Positions 56,532 through 64,000 of a stretch of 64,000 bases of DNA are shown here, in pieces. The translations under genes and the position numbers were made by a program. This DNA is from Candidatus Uhrbacteria bacterium (GTDB lineage Bacteria; Patescibacteriota; Patescibacteriia; UBA9934; GWF2-40-263), in NCBI GenBank assembly GCA_016188475.1, contig JACPHT010000007.1, forward strand, positions 80,467 to 144,466, read 5' to 3'. The notes under the pieces are model-generated. The model saw nothing but the letters and a program-made list of their open reading frames with translations. It was not told where the DNA came from and made no database searches. Position 1 is the first letter of the stretch. Each line of letters begins with the position of its first letter.

Positions 56532-57016
56532 ATGGGTTCGTGCATTGCGACGATCCACCACAGACCCATGGCTTCGATCTCCTTGTCCGTGAACTTCTCA
56601 CGGATGAGGCAGGCCAGTTCGGCGTTCGGCTTCGAGAGCTTGCGCTTGTCGGCCTCGGCGCGAATCTTCTTCGTGATCCGGTCGTTGCCCTCGAAGAGCA
56701 TGCCCTTGAGAACGGCGACTTCGGTCGTCACGCCGCTCGTCGGCTTGAAGTCCGGCGAACGGAGCACTTGCTTGGCGTAGTCGCCCACGCGGAAGCCTTT
56801 GCTCTCGAGTCGGGTGATCCAGTCCTCGCCGGTCGTGCCATCGCTGGTGACCGAGAAGTAGAGGACGCCGTCTTCCTCGCGCCACGAACGGATCGGTTCG
56901 GAAACCGAGAGTTCGTCGCGGAGAAAACGGAGCGCCATGTAATGGCCACCGAGCTTCTTCACGATGGCATTCAGTTGGCCGGCAGTGAGGTCGGAGGATG
57001 CGAATTCTTTGCTCAT
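56402..57016 (-). CDS. DGR target protein (204 aa) with C-type-lectin/FGE-like variable C-terminus; no signal peptide detected
   Basis: Strong SD aaggagac. C-terminal GLWW...DGRW...RWNR..GFAFAV matches the CLec-fold VR pattern. GC about 62%. Confidence 0.8.
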   Translation of the reverse strand: MSKEFASSDLTAGQLNAIVKKLGGHYMALRFLRDELSVSEPIRSWREEDGVLYFSVTSDGTTGEDWITRLESKGFRVGDYAKQVLRSPDFKPTSGVTTEVAVLKGMLFEGNDRITKKIRAEADKRKLSKPNAELACLIREKFTDKEIEAMGLWWIVAMHEPINDSDGAPDLLSADRYGDGRWLSACDGRPADRWNRAHGFAFAV

Positions 57017-57255
57017 GATTTTGTCTCCTTGGGCTAATTTGCCCGTTTCGTTTTCCTCTAATCCGAGGAGGAACCATGGCCAGTGTGGTCACAGCCAGAA
57101 ACCCTGAACAAAGTTGAAGGGCTTTTGACTATGACCATTCGCAAGACTTATCAAAGAACTAGGCTTCCAACTTTACATCAAAATGCCACTTTTGTCAATA
57201 GTTTAGCATGTTTTTGATCAATTTTTACTACTTTTATTAACACATTCTGCTTTCT

Positions 57256-58014
57256 TTACATCACTTTAATAACAACAGTTGAAACACCATACAGCAAAAC
57301 AACTGCGATTGATCCGATAAACCCTGTCATGATTTTTTGCCAAGCTTTTACATGCGACTCATCACGCATAGAAGAAATCATATAACTAAACCCACCGTGT
57401 AAAATCATATTAACAGCTAAAATTCCAAACAAAAGTAGCAAGACTCTAAAAATGCGAACTCCGGTTTCTAAAAATGAATATGCTTGAAGTGAAACTGGAA
57501 CAATTTCAATTGCGGCAAATGCTGGAAAAGCAATTCCGACTCCGACGATCATCAAAACAAACACAGCAAGCAAAGATTCAACGATTTGTTTTACTCGTGT
57601 TCCATCAGCGCGACCCTGCACGACTTTCATAGCCATTCCCATTGCCTTCCCCATGTCTTGTTTGCTTGTTACACCTGATTCTTCAACTACTTTTTTCACG
57701 ATTGATGTGAGTTCATCATCAGAAATTTGTTTTGGCAAATATGCTTCAAGAACAGCAATCTCTATTCGAGCTTGAGAAGCTAAATCCTCTCGCTTTGCGC
57801 TTTCATACGAATCAAGTCCGTCGCGCAACTGTTTCACTTGCGATCGAATCACACCCAAAATTTCTTCATCTGATAATTCATGTTGAACATCAATTTGTTT
57901 GTTTTTCATTGCAGAACGCAATAAACGCAACGTTGAAAGCGTTGCGTTGTTTTTGCTTTTCATTGCGTCTTTCATCGCGTTTGTGATTTGGTCAGAAAGA
58001 GACATAGAACCCAT
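57256..58014 (-). CDS. yqeY: GatB/YqeY-domain protein fused to a C-terminal two-helix VirB2/TrbC-pilin-like membrane module
   Basis: N-terminal 150 aa is YqeY-like (downstream of rpsU as in Firmicutes). C-terminal IFRVLLLLFGILAVNMILHGGFSYMISS parallels the N-terminal modules of the 42430 and 52666 proteins. Confidence 0.65.
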   Translation of the reverse strand: MGSMSLSDQITNAMKDAMKSKNNATLSTLRLLRSAMKNKQIDVQHELSDEEILGVIRSQVKQLRDGLDSYESAKREDLASQARIEIAVLEAYLPKQISDDELTSIVKKVVEESGVTSKQDMGKAMGMAMKVVQGRADGTRVKQIVESLLAVFVLMIVGVGIAFPAFAAIEIVPVSLQAYSFLETGVRIFRVLLLLFGILAVNMILHGGFSYMISSMRDESHVKAWQKIMTGFIGSIAVVLLYGVSTVVIKVM

Positions 58015-58050
58015 GATGTCAAATTACTAGTGAATGACTAATGACAAAAA

Positions 58051-58126
58051 TTTATCTCCTGAGCCTGTCGAAGGAATAAATTTTAGAACAGTTCATCTTT
58101 ATCCCTTCGACAAGCTCAGGGAATAA
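58051..58126. mobile_element. MITE-like element family A
   Basis: tttatctcctgagcctgtcgaagg ... cccttcgacaagctcagggaataa. Confidence 0.75.
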
Positions 58127-58149
58127 CGACGTTTCGTTTGACATTCTAT

Positions 58150-58395
58150 TTATCTCCCCCTTGATGGCTGACGAACTTCTTCCTTGAGTTGTCCAATGCG
58201 TGCCAGATATTCGCGTTTTTCTCGAATCTCAATTCGTCGTAAAGCGCTTTCGCGTTGTTTATTCTTGTTTGGTTTTGAAGCACGATAGCGAAGTTTGCGC
58301 ACTTCAAGCTGTTTGCCGCTCTGTTGCAAACGGCGGCTAAATCTGCGCAATAGACTTTCAAAGCTTTCACCTTTTTTTCGTTTCACGTCGACCAT
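58150..58395 (-). CDS. rpsU: ribosomal protein S21
   Basis: VKRKKGESFESLLRRFSRRLQQSG...RKLRYRASKPN. Start set at MVDV. Confidence 0.8.
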   Translation of the reverse strand: MVDVKRKKGESFESLLRRFSRRLQQSGKQLEVRKLRYRASKPNKNKQRESALRRIEIREKREYLARIGQLKEEVRQPSRGR

Positions 58396-58497
58396 ATAGT
58401 TAGAAGCTAGAAGCAAGAAGAAAGAAGTTAGAGAAGCTGAAGATTTAGAATTATGTTACGGCAAGATTATGCAGGATTTGGCTCATTTTTGTCAAGT

Positions 58498-59913
58498 CTA
58501 GCTGTCCGCGACTGGAGAATATCCTTCGGTTTTCACCCCTGGATCTTTTTGAAGTTTTCGTTCAACAACAGAAACGATCTTCTTCACATCAATTGTTTCT
58601 TGAGCGCCGGATTCCATGTCGCGAATGATGATCGTCCCATCAAGCACTTCTTTTTGACCAAGAATAAGTGTGAACTGAACCCCAAGTTTGTTTGCGACTT
58701 CAAGTTGGGCTTTGAGAGCGTTTTTCCCAACCGCTTCTGAAACTATAATTCCGGATTTTCGAAATTCTTCAAACAATTTTAGACCAACGCGCCGCGCGGC
58801 ATCACCGAGTTGCGCAAAAAATACATGAGCTTTCTTGTACTGTGGAGGATCAATATTTTTATCAGAAAGCGCTCGAACAATTCGATCAATTCCAAGAGCA
58901 AAACCGCACGCAGGTGTTGGTCGCCCGCCAATTAGCTCAACAAGCCCGTCATATCGTCCACCTCCACCAAGGGCGTTTTGTGCTTTCTCGCCCTCATCAT
59001 CAGCAAGCGTAAACTCAAACACTGTGTGCGTGTAGTAATCCAAACCGCGAACCAAGTGCGAATTCAACACATACGGCATTTCAACTTCATCCAAAAATTC
59101 CAAAACTTTCATGAAATGTTCTTTTGATTTTTCATCAAGCCAATCAAGAATCTGCGGGGCATCTTTAAGAAGTTCGATCGTCTCCGGCTCTTTACTATCA
59201 AGCAGGCGCAAAGGATTTTTTTGAAGACGACGTTTGTCGTCTTCTGGAAGTCGGCTTCTGAATTGTCGAAAATACGATACAAGTTCGGCAAGATAAGCCT
59301 GACGACATTCAGGCGTTCCTATTGAGTTTATTTGAACCGAAACATCAAGCCCAAGAGTTTCAAAAATTTTCTTTCCAATCAAAATTAGCTGTGCGTCAAT
59401 GATTGGCTCACTGCTTCCAAAGACTTCAAAACCTACCTGATAAAACTGACGAAATCGTCCAGCTTGCGGACGATCGTGTCGAAACATCGGCCCTTCGTAC
59501 CAAAGTTTCACTGGCTGTGGACGCTCTATCATTCCATGTTCGATGTAAGCGCGAGCGGCCGAAGCAGTCGCCTCTGGACGAAGCGCGACAGAACGATTCG
59601 ATGGATCTGTAAAAACGTACATTTCTTTTTCAACAACATCTGTTCCTTTTCCAAGGGTGCGTAAAAACAAATCCGATCGTTCCAAAATCGGAAGATCAAT
59701 TCGATCAAAAGTGTAAGATTCCGCAAGTGAACGCATTGCGTCGCGAACAAAATTCCATCTTCCCTGCTCTTCCGGCATTATGTCGCGAAATCCGCGTAAT
59801 AATTCCGGAGCGCCTTTTGACGATTTTTTTGATTCATCTTCGTCGCCCTCCTCTGTTTCAGGTTTCTTGACCGGCGTTTGAACTGGTTTTGGTGTATTTT
59901 TTCTGAATGGCAT
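58498..59913 (-). CDS. hisS: histidyl-tRNA synthetase (class IIa) with ~40-aa basic N-terminal extension
   Basis: RGFRDIMPEE (motif 1 region), RPEATASAARAY, GRFRQFYQVGFEVFG (motif 2), GGGRYDGL (motif 3). Confidence 0.85.
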   Translation of the reverse strand: MPFRKNTPKPVQTPVKKPETEEGDEDESKKSSKGAPELLRGFRDIMPEEQGRWNFVRDAMRSLAESYTFDRIDLPILERSDLFLRTLGKGTDVVEKEMYVFTDPSNRSVALRPEATASAARAYIEHGMIERPQPVKLWYEGPMFRHDRPQAGRFRQFYQVGFEVFGSSEPIIDAQLILIGKKIFETLGLDVSVQINSIGTPECRQAYLAELVSYFRQFRSRLPEDDKRRLQKNPLRLLDSKEPETIELLKDAPQILDWLDEKSKEHFMKVLEFLDEVEMPYVLNSHLVRGLDYYTHTVFEFTLADDEGEKAQNALGGGGRYDGLVELIGGRPTPACGFALGIDRIVRALSDKNIDPPQYKKAHVFFAQLGDAARRVGLKLFEEFRKSGIIVSEAVGKNALKAQLEVANKLGVQFTLILGQKEVLDGTIIIRDMESGAQETIDVKKIVSVVERKLQKDPGVKTEGYSPVADS

Positions 59914-60030
59914 AAATTTTTGTAAAGTCTTGGAGTCAAGAGAGTCTATTATGAGTCAACTAAGTCAATATGACAACGGAAATCGTTCTTCTTCAATAAC
60001 TCCGTTGACTTTATTGACTCCGTTGACTTT

Positions 60031-60630
60031 TTACAAATTATATTCCGGTGGTTCGAACGTTCCGAGTCGTGAGAGTGGAAGACCGCGAATCCACACTCGA
60101 CCGATAATTCCAGCTCGCTTCACGGTTCCAAACGCGCGCGAGTCTAAACTTTCATCACGATTATCTCCAAGTAAGAAGTATTCTTTTTCTCCTAATGTTA
60201 CGCGTGTTTTTCCGTCAGTACGATCTTCAACAATATATGATTCATCTAACACTTCACCGTTTGGATGTTCTGAAGTGTAAAGAATAATTTTTCCATTTGA
60301 AATTTCTATTGTTTCACCAGGCAAACCAATTACGCGTTTTATAAAAAACTGGCTCGGATCGCGCGGATAACGAAACACAATGATCTCTCCGCGGTCTGGT
60401 TCACGAAAACGATATGACAGCTCATCTATAATAAGGTATTCATGATCGTAAAAATTTGGTTCCATTGAAGCACCTTTGACGTAAAACGGCTGAATCAAAA
60501 AATAACGTATTGGAATTATGATAGCTGCTGAAATCGCAACGATCTGCACGACTTCCAAAATAAAAAAAACGATTGAACCTGTTACCAAGCCAAAACGTTC
60601 TTGAAGATGTTGTTCAAAAGCTGGAGCCAT
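60031..60630 (-). CDS. lepB: signal peptidase I
   Basis: GASMEPNF (Ser box), IVFRYP, FLLGDNRDESLDSRAFG. Confidence 0.85.
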   Translation of the reverse strand: MAPAFEQHLQERFGLVTGSIVFFILEVVQIVAISAAIIIPIRYFLIQPFYVKGASMEPNFYDHEYLIIDELSYRFREPDRGEIIVFRYPRDPSQFFIKRVIGLPGETIEISNGKIILYTSEHPNGEVLDESYIVEDRTDGKTRVTLGEKEYFLLGDNRDESLDSRAFGTVKRAGIIGRVWIRGLPLSRLGTFEPPEYNL

Positions 60631-60795
60631 AATTAATGTTAAACGCTAAAACTGTTTCCAGCCTATCATGGAAACGAAGTAATGACAAGAAATGGGTAGT
60701 GTATTGGTAGCCGCAGGCTTTAGCCTGCGTGAGATCATGAATTTTGCAACGGTCTCAAATCAAAAAAGCGCCAGAGCGGCGCCATGAGAGAATAT

Positions 60796-61308
60796 CTACG
60801 CGACAAGATCAGACGGTATTTCACACTCAAGAGCTCTTGAGAGTTTATCCGAGAGATTCTTGACGTTATTGTAAGTACCAGTCTCGATCCTTGTAATAAC
60901 AACTCTACATTTCCCGAGTCGCTTTGCGAGTTGTTCTTGCGTTAAATGAAGCTCAATTCTGCGTTTCGTAACGAATCTGCCAAGCGAGTTCTTCGCGCGT
61001 TTCTTTGTGAACCTAGGCACACCTTTATTGTATCCGTTTGGCGCTACCGAAACCAAATGTGACGGAACAACGAAATTGCCGAGGACTTCTTTCAAGCTAT
61101 CAAGTGTTCGTCGTCTTGGTAAATGACGTCCGACTTCGATATCCGAAAGTGTGTGTCTTGAAATACCTGCACGCGCGGCAACTTCCTTTTGAGTTAGGCC
61201 AAACTCTAGGCGTTTTGAGCGCAAAAAATTTCCGATAGTTTGAATCACAATTCCTGGTTCTGAGAAAAAGCGTTCAAGAGCATTTTTGTACCGCATTGTT
61301 CCCTCCAA
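60796..61308 (-). CDS. tandem HTH_XRE-domain transcriptional regulator
   Basis: Two Cro/C1-type HTH units (LTQKEVAARAGISRHTLSDIEVG and LTQEQLAKRLGKCRVVITRIETG). Confidence 0.7.
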   Translation of the reverse strand: MEGTMRYKNALERFFSEPGIVIQTIGNFLRSKRLEFGLTQKEVAARAGISRHTLSDIEVGRHLPRRRTLDSLKEVLGNFVVPSHLVSVAPNGYNKGVPRFTKKRAKNSLGRFVTKRRIELHLTQEQLAKRLGKCRVVITRIETGTYNNVKNLSDKLSRALECEIPSDLVA

Positions 61309-61383
61309 AAATGAATTAACACGAATAAATTAAATATGTCAACCATAGAATAGAAGTTGAAAAACTCTTTTAGGAAGCAAAAT

Positions 61384-61457
61384 TTTATTCCCTAATCCTG
61401 TCGAATGGGTAAAATTTGGCAAATTTGTATACAGCCTTCGACAAGCTCAGGCAATAA
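61384..61457. mobile_element. MITE-like element family A (diverged left TIR)
   Basis: ttttattccctaatcctgtcgaatgg ... gccttcgacaagctcaggcaataat. Confidence 0.65.
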
Positions 61458-61718
61458 TAGAAATATTTCAACAGCCTAGAATGATAGCTTGAAACATAGA
61501 TTATTTCATGTTAAAGTCACGCCCAGATGGACGTTTAGTGCCTTCGCCACGCAAATGACGTGGCTCGGAGCTAAACGCCTCGCCTGGAAATGCACAATCC
61601 TTCGGCTTGTCCATTTCGCTCACTCGGACGTTTAGCTCAGCTTCCGCCAGAGGCGGACCCGCCTTTGGCGGGGGTTACAAGCCCGAATGACCGAACAATA
61701 CAAACAAAATGACATGGT

Positions 61719-61795
61719 GGACGTTTAGCTCAGCTGGTTAGAGCGTCGCATTCACATTGCGAAGGTCGGAGGTTCAAGTCCTCCAACGTCCACCA
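61719..61795 (+). tRNA. tRNA-Val (CAC), CCA encoded
   Basis: ggacgtt-ta-gctcagctggttagagc-g-tcgca-ttCACat-tgcga-aggtc-ggaggttcaagtcctcc-aacgtcc-a-cca has a canonical cloverleaf. Confidence 0.85.
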
Positions 61796-61829
61796 TGTTA
61801 TTTTGAAATAGTCGTTCGGTCGTGCTGGC

Positions 61830-61883
61830 AGCGTCGCATTCACATTGCGAAGGTCGGAGGTTCAAGTCCTCCAACGTCCACCA
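61830..61883 (+). pseudogene. partial direct repeat of the tRNA-Val 3' two-thirds (anticodon arm to CCA)
   Basis: agcgtcgcattcacattgcgaaggtcggaggttcaagtcctccaacgtccacca is identical to tRNA positions 26-76. The 5' part is replaced, so it cannot fold as a tRNA. Confidence 0.75.
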
Positions 61884-61959
61884 CGCAAAAACATCGACAC
61901 GTTCGGTGTTTTTACGTTCCTTGCCTTTTTGTCATCAGACCGATAAAATAGACACGGAA

Positions 61960-63588
61960 ATGACTATGGACAAACCGAAAATAGATTTGTTGAAACAGAA
62001 GTATCAACTCAACGCTCACAAGAAGAACAACCTTCTTGTTTTTGGTCGCGCAATGATTATCGTGCTTGCGATCGGTGCTGTAATTGGGGTTTCGTTTTCA
62101 TATCGCATCAGTTCGACGACAACAAGTTCAAACGATTTTCCAAAAATTTCACTTCTTTCAACGATTCGAAATTTTGTTGATGGAGATAAATTAAAAGGAG
62201 AAGAAAACGATCGAGTAAATTTGCTTCTTATGGGAATTGGCGGCGAAGGTCATGAAGGTCCTCAACTCACGGACACGATCATCTTTGCAAGTTTCCAGCC
62301 ATCAACCGGAAAAATTGGGTTGATGTCACTTCCGCGCGACATGACAGTTCCGATTCCCGGATATGGATATCGAAAAGTTAATCACGCAAACGCACTTGGG
62401 GAAGTAGACAAAACAGGATCGGGACCGAAACTTGCATCTCAAGTCATCGGACAAGTCTTAGATGAAGATATCCAATACTATTTTCGAGTTGACTTTAATG
62501 GCTTCGCACAGCTTATAGATCAAGTCGGAGGAATTGATGTTTATGTTGAACGCGGATTCACAGATGCGCAGTATCCGGTGTTAGGAAAAGAATATGATGA
62601 GTGTGGAGGACAAAACCAAGAAGCTGGAGAGGCTAAAGAGGCTGGAGCGGAAGGCTTCAGCCTTCCAGAAGTTGAAGAAGCTAAAGAATCTGGAGAAGTT
62701 TTATTGCCTTCGACAAGCTCAGGCAATATCGCTCCAAATTATTCATGTCGCTTTGAATCTTTAACTTTTCAAGAAGGCTGGACTCACATGAACGGAGACA
62801 CGGCTCTCAAGTTTGTTCGCTCGCGACACGGAACAAACGGTGAGGGATCTGATTTTTCGCGTTCAGCTCGTCAGCAAAAAGTTCTGCTAGCGATCAAGGA
62901 TAAAGTTTTTTCTGCTTCAACATTTCTGAATCCTGTTCGTATGAATCGAATCTTTGACACTCTCAAGCAAAACATTGCTACAAATTTAGATGTGTCAGAA
63001 ATTTTGCGTCTTGCTCGCGCGATTCAAAATCTTGATTCAAATCAACTTACACACAAAGTAATTGATGCATCTGACAATTCACCTCTTTACGCAACCACGC
63101 TAAATGGATCGTTTGTTCTTCTTCCAAAAAATGATGACTGGCGACCACTTCAAAAAATGGCTGAATATATTTTTACGTCAGATTCTGGTTACGAACGTTT
63201 CGCTTCAACGCCGAATGAAAAACCAAAGTTTGTAAAAGTTGAAATTCAAAATGGGACAAACATAACAGGCCTCGCGTTTAGAGCTTCACAAATGCTCGAT
63301 GGTCAAGGTTTTGATGTAATAAAAGTTGGAAACGCAATGTCAAGAAGTTATGAGCACACAGTAATCTATGACTTGACAAACGGAGCGCGAGCGAGTGAAC
63401 TCAAGGCCTTGAGCGATTTTCTGAAAGCAGATGTGACACTTTCCGCAACTGGTTGGATGGTAAGCGGAGAAGTTGTGCCAAAGGAAATTTCAGTTACAAG
63501 TGAAGAATTTGAAAAGCTCGCTACTGAAGAAAACATTGATTTCCTGATCATTCTTGGTGAAAATTCGTCGAGCTTGGTAATGCAATAA
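61960..63588 (+). CDS. LytR-CpsA-Psr (LCP) family cell-envelope phosphotransferase with an in-frame MITE-derived insert
   Basis: TM anchor; LCP core NLLLMGIGGEG...LMSLPRDM...HANALGE...FRVDFNGFAQLIDQVGGIDV; C-terminal LytR_C-like domain. The insert LLPSTSSGNIAP at 62700-62735 is encoded by a family-A TIR. Confidence 0.8.
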   Translation: MTMDKPKIDLLKQKYQLNAHKKNNLLVFGRAMIIVLAIGAVIGVSFSYRISSTTTSSNDFPKISLLSTIRNFVDGDKLKGEENDRVNLLLMGIGGEGHEGPQLTDTIIFASFQPSTGKIGLMSLPRDMTVPIPGYGYRKVNHANALGEVDKTGSGPKLASQVIGQVLDEDIQYYFRVDFNGFAQLIDQVGGIDVYVERGFTDAQYPVLGKEYDECGGQNQEAGEAKEAGAEGFSLPEVEEAKESGEVLLPSTSSGNIAPNYSCRFESLTFQEGWTHMNGDTALKFVRSRHGTNGEGSDFSRSARQQKVLLAIKDKVFSASTFLNPVRMNRIFDTLKQNIATNLDVSEILRLARAIQNLDSNQLTHKVIDASDNSPLYATTLNGSFVLLPKNDDWRPLQKMAEYIFTSDSGYERFASTPNEKPKFVKVEIQNGTNITGLAFRASQMLDGQGFDVIKVGNAMSRSYEHTVIYDLTNGARASELKALSDFLKADVTLSATGWMVSGEVVPKEISVTSEEFEKLATEENIDFLIILGENSSSLVMQ

Positions 63589-63591
63589 TTT

Positions 63592-64000
63592 ATGCCGGAA
63601 TACAAAATCCCAACGGTTGTGCTCATCGGACGCACGAACGTTGGAAAATCTACTCTTTTTAATCGCATGTTGGAAAAACCAAAAGCGCTTGTTTCCGATA
63701 TCCCAGGGACAACACGCGATAGAAACGAAGGTGAATGTGTTTGGCGTGGAAAAACAATCAGAATAGTAGACACTGGCGGACTCGATGTTGATAAAAAAGA
63801 TGAAATCGAACGCAACACAATCATCCAAGCTCAACACGCAATGAAACAAGCTGACCTTATTCTTTTTGTTCTTGACGCTAAAATCGGCCCGCTTCCTCAA
63901 GAACACACAATGGCCATTCAACTCAACAAATCTAAAGCCCCAGTAATAGTTGTCGCAAATAAAGCAGAAACTCATGCTGAACGATCTGGTGTTCAAAGTC
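63592..64000 (+). CDS. der: GTPase Der (EngA), N-terminal part; runs off the window
   Basis: VVLIGRTNVGKSTLFNRM (G1), DIPGTTRD (G2), DTGG (G3), NKAE (G4). Confidence 0.85.
   Translation, partial: MPEYKIPTVVLIGRTNVGKSTLFNRMLEKPKALVSDIPGTTRDRNEGECVWRGKTIRIVDTGGLDVDKKDEIERNTIIQAQHAMKQADLILFVLDAKIGPLPQEHTMAIQLNKSKAPVIVVANKAETHAERSGVQS

Noticed and set aside
56384-57037. Plus-strand ORF 56384-57037 (217 aa) overlapping the DGR target
   Set aside because: It is antisense to the target gene. The minus-strand frame has the SD and a coherent protein sequence, and adenine-specific variation is on the minus strand.
45-60731. Short hairpins with TAAAG/TTTAG loops (caggcctaaaggcctg at 45, acggctaaagccgt at 5008, gcaggctttagcctgc at 60712, ggctaagggctaag at 2035 and 56345)
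   Set aside because: The stems are only 4-6 bp and the flanks unrelated, so they are compatible with chance. Not reported as a feature.
3593-62735. CRISPR array explanation for the recurring cctgagcctgtcgaagg repeats
   Set aside because: Copies occur as inverted pairs with irregular spacing of kilobases. They are not direct repeats with uniform about 30-40-bp spacers, and no cas genes are present.

Overview
The window is an AT-rich (about 35-40% GC) bacterial chromosome segment with scattered GC-rich (about 50-62%) patches. Its gene content (weak Shine-Dalgarno usage, a giant surface protein, a retroelement, very dense small repeats) is most consistent with a small-genome, CPR-like organism; this is inference, not a database result.

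Recognisable housekeeping genes: infC-rpmI-rplT, ssrA (tmRNA) and smpB, pyk, htrA, nrdR, ftsA-ftsZ, ybeY, dgkA, rpsU-yqeY, hisS, lepB, tRNA-Asp, tRNA-Val, an LCP-family gene and the start of der.

A surface-polysaccharide cluster (two GT4 glycosyltransferases, an O-antigen ligase/polymerase-like protein, Wzz) is split by a ~9-kb GC-rich island. The island carries five paralogous secreted or lipoproteins packed with MopE-type Cys/Asp repeats (CxDxDNDCDGxxDE, FxDxDGDGFGD).

A surface-protein locus holds a 3,383-aa protein (VirB2/TrbC-like two-helix N-terminus, six or more tandem Myxococcus-type cysteine-rich repeats, C-terminal vWA domain), a 601-aa paralog, and three membrane proteins with TSP3-like calcium-binding repeats.

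The most notable finding, directly next to that locus, is a complete diversity-generating retroelement (DGR): a reverse transcriptase with LGxxxSQ and YADD motifs, a 133-bp TR/VR pair whose 14 mismatches all sit at template adenines, and a small GC-rich target protein with a C-type-lectin-like variable C-terminus. The candidate avd gene is divergently oriented from the RT across a C12 homopolymer, which is unusual.

Three MITE-like repeat families (A about 19 copies, B 2, C 2) and a 21-bp palindrome (4 copies) litter the window. Some abut or enter coding sequence (nrdR start, pyk stop, in-frame in the LCP gene). A tRNA-Val is flanked by partial tRNA copies.
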